Shown one piece after another: positions 9,681 to 19,983 of a stretch of 64,000 bases of DNA (position 1 is its first letter; each line of letters begins with the position of its first letter). Source of the stretch: Spirochaetia bacterium (GTDB taxonomy: Bacteria; Spirochaetota; Spirochaetia; SZUA-6; Bin103); the NCBI GenBank assembly GCA_965199955.1, contig CBDATQ010000001.1, positions 1,888,001 through 1,952,000 of the forward strand, written 5' to 3'. The notes under the pieces are model-generated. The model was not told where the DNA came from, did not search any database, and saw nothing but the letters and a program-made list of their open reading frames with translations. A program made the position numbers and the translations under genes.

Positions 9681-10826
9681 ATGGTGCGTCCCGAAGCCGA
9701 AGCCGAAGTCGCGGCCGCTCCGGGCGGTGCCGCCGAAGAGCTCTCGGTCGCCTCGCAGTGGCAGCTCATGCGCTGGCGCTTCACCCGCCACAAGCTCGCG
9801 GTGGTCGCGCTGGTGTTTCTCGGTCTCATGTACCTGGTGGCCGCCTTCGCCGATTTCGTCGGCCCCTACGATCCGCGCCGCCATGACGCCGCCTTCGTCT
9901 ACGCGCCGCCGACCGCCATCCACTTCGTCGACGAGGAGGGACGCTTCCGGCTGCGCCCGTTCGTCTATCCGTACCGGTCCGAGCTGATCCTGGCGGAGTT
10001 CCGCACCGTCTACTCCGAGGACCGCAGCCGCATGGTGCCGATCCGGCTGTTCGTGCGCGGCGACTCGTACGTGCTGTGGGGCCTGTTCGAGACCGACCTG
10101 CATCTGTTCGGTCTGGACGACCCGGAGGCGCGCATCTTCCTGTTCGGCACCGACCGGCTGGGACGGGATCTGCTCACGCGCATCCTGATCGGCAGCCGCG
10201 TGTCGCTGACCATCGGCCTGGTCGGCATCGCCGTGACCTTCATGCTGGGCATCATCATCGGCGGCGTCTCCGGGTACTTCGGCGGCACGGTCGACCTGGT
10301 CATCCAGCGGGTCATCGAGTTCGTGCAGTCGCTGCCCACGCTGCCGCTGTGGATGGGATTGAGCGCGGCGCTGCCCAAGTGGTGGTCGATCACCATGCGC
10401 TACTTCGCCATCGTGGTGATCCTGTCGCTGATCGACTGGACCGGCCTGGCGCGGGTCGTGCGCGGCAAGTTCATGGCGCTCAAGGAGGAGGACTACGTGG
10501 CCGCGGCGCGCCTCCACGGCGCCAGCCGCAAGCGGATCATCTTCCGGCACCTGCTGCCGGGCTTTCTCAGCCACATCATCGCGTCGCTGACGCTGTCGAT
10601 TCCGTCCATGATCCTGGGTGAGAGCGCGCTGAGCTTCATCGGCCTGGGGCTGCAGGCGCCGGCCATAAGCTGGGGCGTGCTGCTGGCGGAGGCACAGAAG
10701 ACCCACGTGCTGGCGCTGTCGCCGTGGCTGCTGATCCCGGGGCTGTTCATCATCGTCGTGGTGCTGGCGTTCAATTTCGTCGGCGACGGCGTGCGCGACG
10801 CGGCCGACCCGTACGCGCACGTATGA
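9681..10826 (+). CDS. ABC permease (OppC/DppC-like)
   Basis: FGTDRLGRD, YVAAARLHGAS, GDGVRDAADP. ATG at 9681 lies inside the longer 8910 ORF. Confidence 0.93.
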   Translation: MVRPEAEAEVAAAPGGAAEELSVASQWQLMRWRFTRHKLAVVALVFLGLMYLVAAFADFVGPYDPRRHDAAFVYAPPTAIHFVDEEGRFRLRPFVYPYRSELILAEFRTVYSEDRSRMVPIRLFVRGDSYVLWGLFETDLHLFGLDDPEARIFLFGTDRLGRDLLTRILIGSRVSLTIGLVGIAVTFMLGIIIGGVSGYFGGTVDLVIQRVIEFVQSLPTLPLWMGLSAALPKWWSITMRYFAIVVILSLIDWTGLARVVRGKFMALKEEDYVAAARLHGASRKRIIFRHLLPGFLSHIIASLTLSIPSMILGESALSFIGLGLQAPAISWGVLLAEAQKTHVLALSPWLLIPGLFIIVVVLAFNFVGDGVRDAADPYAHV

Positions 10827-11851
10827 GCGGGCCGGATGTGAGCAGCCCGGAGGCCCGGCGTGCCGGCGAGCTGCTGCTGGGCGTGAGCGAGCTGCGCACC
10901 CACTTCGACTCCCGCGAGGGGACGGTGCGCGCCGTGGACGGGGTGAGCTTCGACCTGCACCGCGGCGAGACCCTGGGCATCGCCGGCGAGAGCGGCTGCG
11001 GCAAGAGCGTGACCGCCCAGTCGATCATGCGCCTCGTCCCGCGCAACGGCCGCATCGTCTCCGGCAGCATCGTGCTGCATCGCCCCGGTGGACCGGTCGA
11101 CCTGACCGGCCTGGCGGCCGCCGGGCGGGAGATCCGCGCCATCCGCGGCGCGGAGATATCGCTGGTCTTCCAGGAACCGATGGCCGCCTTCAGCCCGGTG
11201 TACACCATCGGCAACCAGATCACGGAGGTGATCCGCCAGCATCAGCGCTGCTCGGCACGACAGGCACGGCAGCGCGCCGTCGACATGCTGCGGCAGGTCG
11301 GCATGCCGAAGCCCGAGCAGACCATCGACGCCTATCCGTGGGCGGTGTCGGGTGGCATGCGGCAGCGCGCGATGATCGCCATGGCGATGGCCTGCCGGCC
11401 CAGCCTGCTGATCGCCGACGAGCCGACCACGGCGGTGGACGTCACGATTCAGGCACAGGTGCTGGAGCTGATGAAGGCCCTGCAGGCGCAACTTCGGATG
11501 GGGCTGATCATCATCACCCACGACCTGGCCGTGATCGCCGAGCTGTGCGACCGCGTGATGGTGATGTACCTGGGACGCGACGTGGAGTCGGGCCCGGTGG
11601 AGCAGGTGTTCCAGGCGCCGAAGCACCCCTACACCGTGGCGCTGCTGAACTCGGTGCCGACGCTCGGCGAGGGCCACGACCAGCGGATCGAGGCGATCGG
11701 CGGCAGCGTGCCGTCGCCGCTGGCCGCGCCGCCGGGGTGCCCGTTCCATCCCCGCTGCCCGCACGCCAGGGCGGGCGTGTGCGACGGCGTCTATCCGGAG
11801 GCCCGCCCGGTCGGGCCGGAGCACCTGGTGAGCTGCTACCTGTATGACTGA
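10823..11851 (+). CDS. ABC ATP-binding protein (OppD/DppD-like)
   Basis: [25 protein letters not shown] and C-terminal GCPFHPRC. Confidence 0.93.
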   Translation: MSGPDVSSPEARRAGELLLGVSELRTHFDSREGTVRAVDGVSFDLHRGETLGIAGESGCGKSVTAQSIMRLVPRNGRIVSGSIVLHRPGGPVDLTGLAAAGREIRAIRGAEISLVFQEPMAAFSPVYTIGNQITEVIRQHQRCSARQARQRAVDMLRQVGMPKPEQTIDAYPWAVSGGMRQRAMIAMAMACRPSLLIADEPTTAVDVTIQAQVLELMKALQAQLRMGLIIITHDLAVIAELCDRVMVMYLGRDVESGPVEQVFQAPKHPYTVALLNSVPTLGEGHDQRIEAIGGSVPSPLAAPPGCPFHPRCPHARAGVCDGVYPEARPVGPEHLVSCYLYD

Positions 11852-12941
11852 GCGCCATGCGAGCGGCGGCACGGCCCCGTCTCGCGCCGATCCCATCCTG
11901 GAGGTGCGCGGCTTGGTCAAGCGCTTTCCGATCACGCGGGGAGTGATGCGCCGCCACGTCGGCGAAGTGCGGGCGGTGGACGGGATCAGCTTCTCCATCC
12001 AGCCGGGCGAGGTGCTGGCGCTGGTGGGGGAGAGCGGCTGCGGCAAGACCACCACCGGCCGCTGCGTGCTGCGTGCGATCGATCCGACCGCGGGCAGCGT
12101 CGTCTACCGCTTCGGCGAGGAGGCACCGCTGGACGTCACCACGCTGAACGAAGGGGATCTCAAGTCGTTCTGGCGGCGTGCCGGCATGGTGTTCCAGGAC
12201 CCGTACTCGTCGCTGAACCCGCGGCTCAACGTGCTGGAGTCGGTCGGCGAGCCGCTGATCACGCACGGCGTGGTCACCTCCCGGCGGGACCTGGAGGCGC
12301 GCGTGACGGCCCTGCTGGAGGACGTGGGGCTGGATGCGCTCTACCTGCGCCGCTATCCGCACGCCTTTTCGGGCGGCCAGCGGCAGCGCATCGCCATCGC
12401 CCGCGCGCTCGCGCTGGGGCCGCGCTTCCTGGTGGCGGACGAGCCGCTGTCGGCCCTGGACGTGTCGGTGCAGGCGCAGGTCCTGGAGCTGATGCAGGAG
12501 CTGCGGCGGCGGCACGACCTGACCTACCTGTTCGTGTCGCACAACCTGGCGGTGGTCGAGTACCTGGCCGACCGGGTGGCGGTGATGTACGTGGGGCGGA
12601 TCGTCGAGCTTGCGCGCACGAAGACGCTGTTCTTCGACCCCAAGCACCCCTACACCGAAGCGCTCCTGTCGGCGGTCCCCTCAGCCGATCTCAAGCGCCG
12701 CGCCCGCACGCGCATCGTGCTGCCCGGCGACGTGGCCGATCCGGCCGATCCGCCGCCGGGGTGCCTGTTCCACCCGCGCTGCCCCTACGCGCAGGCGGAG
12801 TGCTCTGCCGAGGAGCCGCCCCTCGTGGACGTGGGTGACGGCTCGGAGCAGCACCTGGTGTCATGCCACTTCGCCGACACGCTGGACCTGACCGGCATCG
12901 AGCGCGGCGCGCGGCGCGGCGCCTTTCGGCTCGACGTCTGA
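11844..12941 (+). CDS. ABC ATP-binding protein (OppF/DppF-like)
   Basis: GESGCGKTT, FSGGQRQR, HPYT, GCLFHPRC. Confidence 0.93.
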   Translation: MTERHASGGTAPSRADPILEVRGLVKRFPITRGVMRRHVGEVRAVDGISFSIQPGEVLALVGESGCGKTTTGRCVLRAIDPTAGSVVYRFGEEAPLDVTTLNEGDLKSFWRRAGMVFQDPYSSLNPRLNVLESVGEPLITHGVVTSRRDLEARVTALLEDVGLDALYLRRYPHAFSGGQRQRIAIARALALGPRFLVADEPLSALDVSVQAQVLELMQELRRRHDLTYLFVSHNLAVVEYLADRVAVMYVGRIVELARTKTLFFDPKHPYTEALLSAVPSADLKRRARTRIVLPGDVADPADPPPGCLFHPRCPYAQAECSAEEPPLVDVGDGSEQHLVSCHFADTLDLTGIERGARRGAFRLDV

Positions 12942-12984
12942 CGCGCCGTCCGAACGGTTCGCGGGCTGGTAGACTCTGCGGCGC

Positions 12985-13149
12985 ATGGCGGACGCTGCCG
13001 GCATCGACGTCCTCGCGCTGGACGGGTATCTGGGCGAGCGCGTACGCGCCCTCTGGGAAGGCAATCTCAACCGGCTGGATTGGGAACGGGACTTCCTGCT
13101 GGACGTCGAGGTCCCGGCGGTGGGAACCCCGCCGGCGCCGGGAGCATAG
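12985..13149 (+). pseudogene. 54-codon N-terminal remnant, possibly of a GH127-like hydrolase
   Basis: Hand translation MADAAGIDVLALDGYLGERVRALWEGNLNRLDWERDFLL...; TAGACT -10 box 9 nt upstream of the ATG. Confidence 0.4.
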
Positions 13150-13162
13150 GAGGACACGTGCG

Positions 13163-14041
13163 ATGGGCGTATTGAGCGAGGCGGATCTGACCTTCTTCCG
13201 CGAGGAGGGCTACGTGATAGTGCCCGAGGCGGTGCCGCCTGCGAACCTGCAGGCGGTCATCGACGTGATCTGGGACTTCCTCGGGGCGGACCCCGATGAC
13301 CCGGAGAGCTGGTACCGGATCCCGCCGCGCGAGACCACCGGCAACGTGGGGCCGCTTTCGCAGTCCGGGATGGTGGAGGTCTACCATCACCAGGCGCTGT
13401 GGGACAATCGCCAGCACCCGCGCGTGTACCAGGCGTTCGTCGACATCTGGGGCACGCCGCATCTCCAGGTGAGCCTGGATCGGGCCAACATGAAGCCGCC
13501 GGTGCGGGAGGACGACCCGGCGTGGCAGCATCCCGGGTTCATTCACTGGGACCTCGAAACCGACCTGGACCCCGTGCCGTTCCGGGTGCAGGGCGTGCTG
13601 TACCTGACCGACACCTCCGCCGACCAGGGCGGCTTCCAGTGCGTGCCCGGCTTTCCCGCGCGCTTCCCGGAGTGGGTGCGCATGCAGCCCGCCGACCGCG
13701 ATCCTCGCGTTCCTGACCTCACCGGACTGGAGGTGCGCTCGATCCCCGGCCGCGCCGGAGACCTCCTCATCTGGAACTCGCTGCTCCCGCACGGCAATGG
13801 CCGCAACACCTCAGACCGCCCGCGTCTGGCGCAGTACATCACCATGAGCCCGGCGCGCCCGGACGACGAGGAGCAACGCCGGGAGCGCATCACCGCTTGG
13901 CGCACCCGGAAGCCGGCCACGGGCTGGCCCGGCGACCCGCGCGGCTGGGAGCTCCGGCAGCCGGGACCGGCGACGCTGACCGAGCTGGGACGCCGGCTGC
14001 TGGGCCTGGACCCGTGGCCCGGCGCCGACGCGAGCGGCTGA
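13163..14041 (+). CDS. Phytanoyl-CoA dioxygenase (PhyH) family Fe(II)/2OG enzyme
   Basis: AGGAGG RBS; FFREEGYV, HWD...H triad, GGFQCVPG. Confidence 0.88.
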   Translation: MGVLSEADLTFFREEGYVIVPEAVPPANLQAVIDVIWDFLGADPDDPESWYRIPPRETTGNVGPLSQSGMVEVYHHQALWDNRQHPRVYQAFVDIWGTPHLQVSLDRANMKPPVREDDPAWQHPGFIHWDLETDLDPVPFRVQGVLYLTDTSADQGGFQCVPGFPARFPEWVRMQPADRDPRVPDLTGLEVRSIPGRAGDLLIWNSLLPHGNGRNTSDRPRLAQYITMSPARPDDEEQRRERITAWRTRKPATGWPGDPRGWELRQPGPATLTELGRRLLGLDPWPGADASG

Positions 14042-14058
14042 CCGGAAGGACGACACAC

Positions 14059-15489
14059 ATGGCCCGCCAGCCGAACATTCTGCTGTTCATCAGCGACCAG
14101 CAGCGCACCGACACCATGGCCTGCTACGGCAACCCGTGGATCCGCTCCCCTCACCAGGACGCGCTGGCCGCGCGCAGTTTCCTGTTCGAGCACACCTACG
14201 TCACCCAGCCGGTCTGCACGCCGGCGCGCGGCTCGCTGGTCACCGGCCTCTACCCGCACACCCACGGCTGCCTGGTGAACCGGGACAAACTGGCCGACCG
14301 GATCGCGTCCCTGGCCGAGATGCTGCCGGACGAATACCGCACGGCCCACTTCGGCAAGTGGCACCTGGGCGACGACTCGTTGCGCCAGCACGGCTTCGAC
14401 GAGTGGGTGAGCACCGAGGACGACCACCGCGACCGCTACACGCGGCCCGGTCTGCCGTTCTCCAGCTACTACCACTGGATGCGCGAGCAGGGCATCGAAC
14501 CGGAAGACCGCTCCGCATCCGGCGAGCTGATCTTCTCGCCCGCGCAACGTTCCACGCTGGGACCCGAGCACCAGATGGCGGCCTTCGTGGCCGGCCATGC
14601 CGAGCGCTTCATCCGCGCCAACACCGAACGCCCCTGGCTGCTGGTATTCAGCACCTTCGAGCCGCACCCGCCCCACCACGGCCCCTACGACGGCATGTAC
14701 GACGCAGCGGCCATCCCCGACCGCCCGACCTTCCGCTCGTCTCCCGAGGGTCACTCGCTGTTCAACCGCTCACGCGCCGGCCATCACCCCAATCCGCGGG
14801 CGTCCGACGAATCGTGGCGGGACGACGCGGACCTGCGTGCGCAGCGCGCCAACTACTACGGCAACGTCAGGATCATCGACGACGCCGTGGGGCGGATGGT
14901 GAGCGTCCTGGAGGAGAGCGGGCAGATGGAGCGCACCGTCTTCGCCTTCACCAGCGACCACGGCGAGATGCTCGGCGACCACCGCATGATGGGCAAGCGC
15001 GCGTTCTACGAGGAGTCGGCGCGGGTGCCGTTCCTGCTGTCGGTGCCGTGGCTGACGCGGACGCAGCGGCGTATCGACGGCGTATCAGGCCACGTCGACC
15101 TGGTGCCGACGCTGCTGGACCTGGCGGGCGTGCCGTGGCCCGAGACGCTTCCAGGCCGCAGCCTGGCGGGCGCCCTCACCGGCGAACTCGACCTGCGGCA
15201 GCACGCCGCGTTCATGGAGTGGAACGGCGTCGGCGACCGCGACCTGGGCAACCCGGTCACCAACCTGATGGCCACGCTGCCGTGGCGGAGCATCGTCACC
15301 GGCGACCGCTGGAAGCTGAACCTGTGCGCCGGCGACCAGTCGGAGCTGTTCGACCTGAACGACGACCCGTTCGAGCAGACGAACCGCTTCGACGATCCGG
15401 CGCAGCGCGACCGGGTCCGCGAGCTGGCGGCGCGCATCCGCCTGTGGCAGTTGGAGACCGGCGACGACGCGCCGCTCCCCGCCATGTGA
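14059..15489 (+). CDS. Cys-type sulfatase
   Basis: PNILLFISDQ, CTPARGSLVTG (CxPxR), GKWHLG, SDHGEMLG. Confidence 0.93.
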   Translation: MARQPNILLFISDQQRTDTMACYGNPWIRSPHQDALAARSFLFEHTYVTQPVCTPARGSLVTGLYPHTHGCLVNRDKLADRIASLAEMLPDEYRTAHFGKWHLGDDSLRQHGFDEWVSTEDDHRDRYTRPGLPFSSYYHWMREQGIEPEDRSASGELIFSPAQRSTLGPEHQMAAFVAGHAERFIRANTERPWLLVFSTFEPHPPHHGPYDGMYDAAAIPDRPTFRSSPEGHSLFNRSRAGHHPNPRASDESWRDDADLRAQRANYYGNVRIIDDAVGRMVSVLEESGQMERTVFAFTSDHGEMLGDHRMMGKRAFYEESARVPFLLSVPWLTRTQRRIDGVSGHVDLVPTLLDLAGVPWPETLPGRSLAGALTGELDLRQHAAFMEWNGVGDRDLGNPVTNLMATLPWRSIVTGDRWKLNLCAGDQSELFDLNDDPFEQTNRFDDPAQRDRVRELAARIRLWQLETGDDAPLPAM

Positions 15490-15551
15490 CCGCTCACCCA
15501 AGCGGGAGTTCGTGTCACCGGGACGACGCTGGTCATGCCGCCGGGCGGCGA

Positions 15552-16295
15552 TCAATGCCCTCGGGCGTCGAACACCTCTGTCACGCTCTGCGCGTCCAGC
15601 AGCGCATCGAACCAGACATCGATCTCCGCCGCCGACCCGACCGCCACCCGTGCCCGAGCGCTCTCCGGAATGGGACCGAATCGCCGCTGCAGAAGACGAA
15701 GCAGCGTCTCGGCCTTGCCCTCGGCTCTACCCTCGGCCTTGGCCTCACGCACCCATGTTTCCGCGACGGTTGACATCAGCGCCTCCCAGCGTTCCGGCTT
15801 CGCCGCCCGCGCCGCCGTCTCCAGCACCGTGGGCGTCAGTTCGTAGGTCCTCACGATATACGAGAGCACCTGCACGCAGCACAGCCGGCGCGCAAACGCC
15901 GCCAACTCACCGTCGCCCGCGATCATCTCCGCCACCGGCGGCAGCGCCCGCAGGCGCGATGCACGGCCCTCGGCATGGCGCTGCCAGATACGCACCATGT
16001 AGCCGAGCATCTGAAGCGGCGTGCCCGGATCGGGCGCCGCCTTGTGCTCCAGCAGGACGTAGACGAAGACGGTGCCGCCGCTCTTCAGGCGCGCCTCAAA
16101 CAGCCGGTCGCTGTGGCTCCGGTGCAGTACGGTATCCACGAAGCTCGCATCGACCAGGCGGATCGGCGCGTCCGACAGTTCCGCGGCGACGGCGGGAGGC
16201 AGATACTCGCGTACCAGCGTCTCGGCCCGTCCGGGGTCTGCGAGCAACGCACGGAACAGCGCATCATGTGGCGCGGCAGGTGGAAGATCGGGCAT
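15552..16295 (-). CDS. Rpn/YhgA-like recombination-promoting nuclease (putative transposase) with DUF4351-like tail, apparently internally deleted
   Basis: PHDALFR, SFVD...HSDRLF, YVLLEHK, EGRAEG, LLRLLQRRFG. The segment after LPP (usually IIPxVxYHG) is missing. Confidence 0.8.
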   Translation of the reverse strand: MPDLPPAAPHDALFRALLADPGRAETLVREYLPPAVAAELSDAPIRLVDASFVDTVLHRSHSDRLFEARLKSGGTVFVYVLLEHKAAPDPGTPLQMLGYMVRIWQRHAEGRASRLRALPPVAEMIAGDGELAAFARRLCCVQVLSYIVRTYELTPTVLETAARAAKPERWEALMSTVAETWVREAKAEGRAEGKAETLLRLLQRRFGPIPESARARVAVGSAAEIDVWFDALLDAQSVTEVFDARGH

Positions 16296-16391
16296 CGGCT
16301 CCGGGTCGAAGATACTCTGTGGAGGCCTGACAAGGCGGCGGTAGTGCCGTCGGGATCAGGGCAGCCGTACAGCCGGCCGAGCGCCTTTCGT

Positions 16392-16817
16392 TCACTCATC
16401 GTCGTCCGGCCGCGTGCCGCGCTGCCGCTTGATGGCGCCACGCTGTGCCTTTTCCTGCAAGCGCCGTTCGTGGGCGGCGCGGCTTGGGCGGGTAGGGCGC
16501 CTTTGCCGGGGCTCCTGCATCGCCCGTGCGATGAGCGCGGCCAGCCGTGCGCGCGCATCGCGGCGGTTTGCCTCCTGGGTGCGGAAGCGGCGCGCCGTGA
16601 TGAGCACCGCGCCGTCGGCGGTCAATCTCGACCCGGCCGCATGGAGCAGGCGCTCACGCACCTCCGGGGACAGCGCCCGCGAGCCCGCCGCGTCGAAGCG
16701 GAGCTGTACCGCCGTGGCCACCTTGTTCACGTTCTGGCCGCCCGGCCCGCTGGCCTGGATGAAGCGCTCGTCCAGCTCTTCGTCGGGGATGGCGAGGTCC
16801 GGCGTGATGTCCATCAC
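16392..16817 (-). CDS. arfB: Alternative ribosome rescue peptidyl-tRNA hydrolase ArfB
   Basis: SGPGGQNVNKV (GGQ), RTQEANR, basic tail RRPTRPS...KRQR. Confidence 0.95.
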   Translation of the reverse strand: MMDITPDLAIPDEELDERFIQASGPGGQNVNKVATAVQLRFDAAGSRALSPEVRERLLHAAGSRLTADGAVLITARRFRTQEANRRDARARLAALIARAMQEPRQRRPTRPSRAAHERRLQEKAQRGAIKRQRGTRPDDDE

Positions 16818-16826
16818 GTCCCGGAG

Positions 16827-17732
16827 CTACGCGGCCGGAGCGGACCGCTCGCCGGCGTCGTCGAGCCGCCGCTTTGCCTCGGCAAGGGTGTCCTCCGGCA
16901 GCGGACCGCGTAGCACGGCGGCCACGTTCTCCTGCAGGTGCGCGGGCCGGGTGGTGCCGACGATGATGGTGTGGGCGTGCGGGTGGCTCAACGTGTAGCG
17001 AAGCACGAACGCCGAGCGGCTCTTGCCGGCTTCGCGCAGCTCGTCGAGGCCGGCGCGTTCGAAGACCGCCCAGCGATCTGCCGACCCGCGTCCGCTGCCC
17101 GGCTCGCCTTGCGCCACGCCGCCGCGGATGACGATGCCCACACCGGCCTCGCCCGCGCGGGTGATCCACTCCTCGTGCGCTCGCTCCAGAGCGGAGTAGG
17201 GGATCTGCATCACGTCGAACACGCCCCACTCCAGGTAGGTGGGCAGATCCGGCAGCATGGTGGAGACGCCGATGAAGCGCACCTGTCCGTTGCGGCGCAT
17301 CTCCTGCAGGGCGTCGACCAGGCCGCCGGCTTCGCACTCGGCGACGCCGGGGTTGTGGAGCTGCATCACGTCGACGCTGTCGCGGCCCAGGCGCTTGAGG
17401 CTGATCTCCAGGCCACGAAACAGGTTGTCGCGCGTCCACTCGTGCGTGGACGCATTCAGTCCGGGCAGCGTGTCGGTGCAGCCGCACTTGGTGGCCAGGA
17501 TGAACTCGCCATACCTGCTGCCCAGAGAGGCGCCGATGCGGCGCTCGGCCTCGGCGTAGTCGTACGCGGTATCGATGAAGTTGATGCCCGCGTCCAGCAC
17601 CCGGTTGAGCTGCCGGTCCGCGGTCTCATCGGTCCAGTGCGGCCTGTCGGGGCCGGCCAGGGCGGTGCCGAAGCCGAGCCGCGTCACGGTCAGGCCGGTG
17701 TCGCCGAAGGCAGCAGCGGGGAGAGCATCCAT
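16827..17732 (-). CDS. Aldo/keto reductase
   Basis: GDTGLTVTRLGFG, FIDTAYDY, ILATKCG, SLKRLG, QLH. Confidence 0.9.
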   Translation of the reverse strand: MDALPAAAFGDTGLTVTRLGFGTALAGPDRPHWTDETADRQLNRVLDAGINFIDTAYDYAEAERRIGASLGSRYGEFILATKCGCTDTLPGLNASTHEWTRDNLFRGLEISLKRLGRDSVDVMQLHNPGVAECEAGGLVDALQEMRRNGQVRFIGVSTMLPDLPTYLEWGVFDVMQIPYSALERAHEEWITRAGEAGVGIVIRGGVAQGEPGSGRGSADRWAVFERAGLDELREAGKSRSAFVLRYTLSHPHAHTIIVGTTRPAHLQENVAAVLRGPLPEDTLAEAKRRLDDAGERSAPAA

Positions 17733-17960
17733 GCATCCATGATACGCTACTGTGTATGTCCAGTGCCCAGTCGCCCACAGCATGGGCCCGGCTACCCACC
17801 CGACCGCACGGCGGGTTTCGCCCTGCCGGTGCGGGGAGGCGACGCCGATGACTGATCACGTATCGTCGCTGGGATCGCGTCCGCCCAAGCCGGTCCAAGA
17901 TCAGGGACGCCGCTGACCGTCATTACATCCAGAGAAGCGTAAGTAGCACCCTCCGCTCGT

Positions 17961-18164
17961 TTCAACCGCGCGCAACGCCGCCGGCGCTCGGGCCGCCTGT
18001 TCGCGATGCGGACGGACGACGGACTGGTCGTCAGCCGCCTCCGCAAGGATCCGGGCGGCGACTGGCTCCTATGCGGCGACCAGCCTGACCGCGAGCCGCG
18101 ACCGTGGCCGGCGAGCGCCGAGATCCTCGGGCAGGTTCGGTGGGCGACGAGGACGTTCGATTAG
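17961..18164 (+). pseudogene. C-terminal remnant of an S24 peptidase / LexA-CI-type repressor
   Basis: Hand translation FNRAQRRRRSGRLFAMRTDDGLVVSRLRKDPGGDWLLCGD...AEILGQVRWATRTFD*. In-frame stop at 17940-42; the catalytic VVKR position reads VVSR. Confidence 0.65.
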
Positions 18165-18249
18165 ACGTAGCGAAAGTCCCTCCTCTTGAAGGCGCTCTCT
18201 TGAACGGCTCAACGCCACGGTTCATCATGCCGTCATAGGAGGTGGTCCA

Positions 18250-19911
18250 ATGAAAAAGCTGACCACGTTCGTTCTTGCGCTGATGGTTCTGCCGGTGCTC
18301 GGGCTGATGGCGGCCGGCCAGCAGGTCGCTACCACGGCGGAGCCGATGGAGATCTCCTGGTTCGGGCTCTACGGGGCCGAGATCCAGGACGGCAACGAGG
18401 TGCAGCAGCACCTGGAGGAGCTGTTCGACGTCACGCTCGTCAACAAGCAGATCGACTACAAGGATCGGGAGAAGATCAATCTCATGATCGCTTCCGGCGA
18501 GCACACCGACTACACGTACGCCTTCGTGAACATGGTCGACTTCTTCACGAAGGGAGCCTTCCGCAGCATCCCGCAGGACATGATCCGCGAGCATGCGCCC
18601 GGCTACACCGCGTGGCTGGACGCCAGCGGACCGGTGGCATGGCACCTGGGTCTGGTGCCCGGATCGGAGGACGAGTACATGGGGCTGGTGCGGGCGCTGG
18701 ACTACAAGGTCGGCACCACCTACGAGCCGTTCTTCCGGCTGGACTACCTGGAGGCGGTCGGCGTCGAGGTTCCGGGGCTGATTGCGGTCGGCGCCCGCCA
18801 CTGCGAAGGTGCCTGTTTCTGGACCAAGGAGGCGTTCACAGCCGATCAGGTGGAGGAGATCCTGTACCTGTTCCGCGACGGCGACCCTTCGGGCGGCGTG
18901 CACGACGTGATTCCGCTGGGCGTCTCCAACGAATCCAATGCCTTCGGGCTGCACTACATCTTCTCCCTGCACGGCATCAACGGCGTCGACAACTACGACG
19001 ACGGCGGCACGACCGTGAAGCAGGCCGTGCACTCCCAGTTCCGGGAGGCGCTGAAGACGGCGCAGCGCTGGTTCCAGGATGGGCTGATGGACTCGGAGCT
19101 GCCGGCGGTGAACCGCAAGCCGACGATGTACGACAAGATCATCGCCGGCATCTACGGCACCTACACCTTCGCCTACGGCAACATCGGGCTGAGCGGCGAT
19201 CCGAGCCGCGACCACGAGATCCCGCAATCGATCATCGCCCGCTACCCGGACGCCAGGGTGGTGGTGACGCCGCCCACCATCGGCTACGACGGCAAGCAGT
19301 ACGCGGCCGCCGCAGTCGCCGCGTTCCCGATCGACGCCAACGGCATCAGCGCCGTGCACGTCGGCGTTTCGGATGAGAAGCTGGCCAAGATTCTGCAGAT
19401 CTACGATTACGTCAATTTCGACGAGTACGGGATGCTGTACACGCAGTACGGCACCGAGGGCGTGAACTTCGAGTGGGACGGCGAGGCCGGCAACTCCTAT
19501 CCGACCGCGATCGAAGGTCAGCGCGGGGTCGGCGGCCAGTGGGGTTTCGGCTACTACAACGCCAATACCCGCCACAAGGAGCTGTACAGCCGCTACCAGA
19601 TCCCGGTGCTGAACAAGGAGCTGGAGCAGTACTTCAAGCTCGGTCCCGGCGCCGACTGGGCCGTGCCGCAGTTCCGCCAGGACGTGCTGGGCGAGACCGA
19701 CTACATCGAGCTGTCCTCGAAGCTCCGCGGCGCGCTGAACACGCTCCGCGACGAGTTCACCTGGGAGGCGGTGACCACCGACCTGGACATCGACGCGGCG
19801 TGGGACGCCTACGTGGAGGGCTGGCTGTCCGCGGGCGGGCAGGAGTTGCTGGACGAGCTTGCGAAGATGCCGCAGGTGCTGCCGCTCCGCGAAGGGAAGT
19901 TCGTCTACTGA
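18250..19911 (+). CDS. ABC substrate-binding protein, family 1 (LplA-like carbohydrate/aldouronate binding)
   Basis: AGGAGG RBS, signal peptide ending MAAGQQ, KINLMIASG, C-terminal WDAYVEGWLSAGG; followed by two sugar permeases. Confidence 0.88.
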   Translation: MKKLTTFVLALMVLPVLGLMAAGQQVATTAEPMEISWFGLYGAEIQDGNEVQQHLEELFDVTLVNKQIDYKDREKINLMIASGEHTDYTYAFVNMVDFFTKGAFRSIPQDMIREHAPGYTAWLDASGPVAWHLGLVPGSEDEYMGLVRALDYKVGTTYEPFFRLDYLEAVGVEVPGLIAVGARHCEGACFWTKEAFTADQVEEILYLFRDGDPSGGVHDVIPLGVSNESNAFGLHYIFSLHGINGVDNYDDGGTTVKQAVHSQFREALKTAQRWFQDGLMDSELPAVNRKPTMYDKIIAGIYGTYTFAYGNIGLSGDPSRDHEIPQSIIARYPDARVVVTPPTIGYDGKQYAAAAVAAFPIDANGISAVHVGVSDEKLAKILQIYDYVNFDEYGMLYTQYGTEGVNFEWDGEAGNSYPTAIEGQRGVGGQWGFGYYNANTRHKELYSRYQIPVLNKELEQYFKLGPGADWAVPQFRQDVLGETDYIELSSKLRGALNTLRDEFTWEAVTTDLDIDAAWDAYVEGWLSAGGQELLDELAKMPQVLPLREGKFVY

Positions 19912-19952
19912 GCCAAGAACGGTTCCTGACGTGAACCGGAACACCGACACGG

Positions 19953-19978
19953 GAAGCCCGGCTCCGCGGCCGGGCTTC
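19953..19978 (+). terminator. Stem-loop after the binding-protein gene
   Basis: gaagcccggc-tccgcg-gccgggcttc, 10-bp perfect stem. Confidence 0.65.
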
Positions 19979-19983
19979 TCCCA

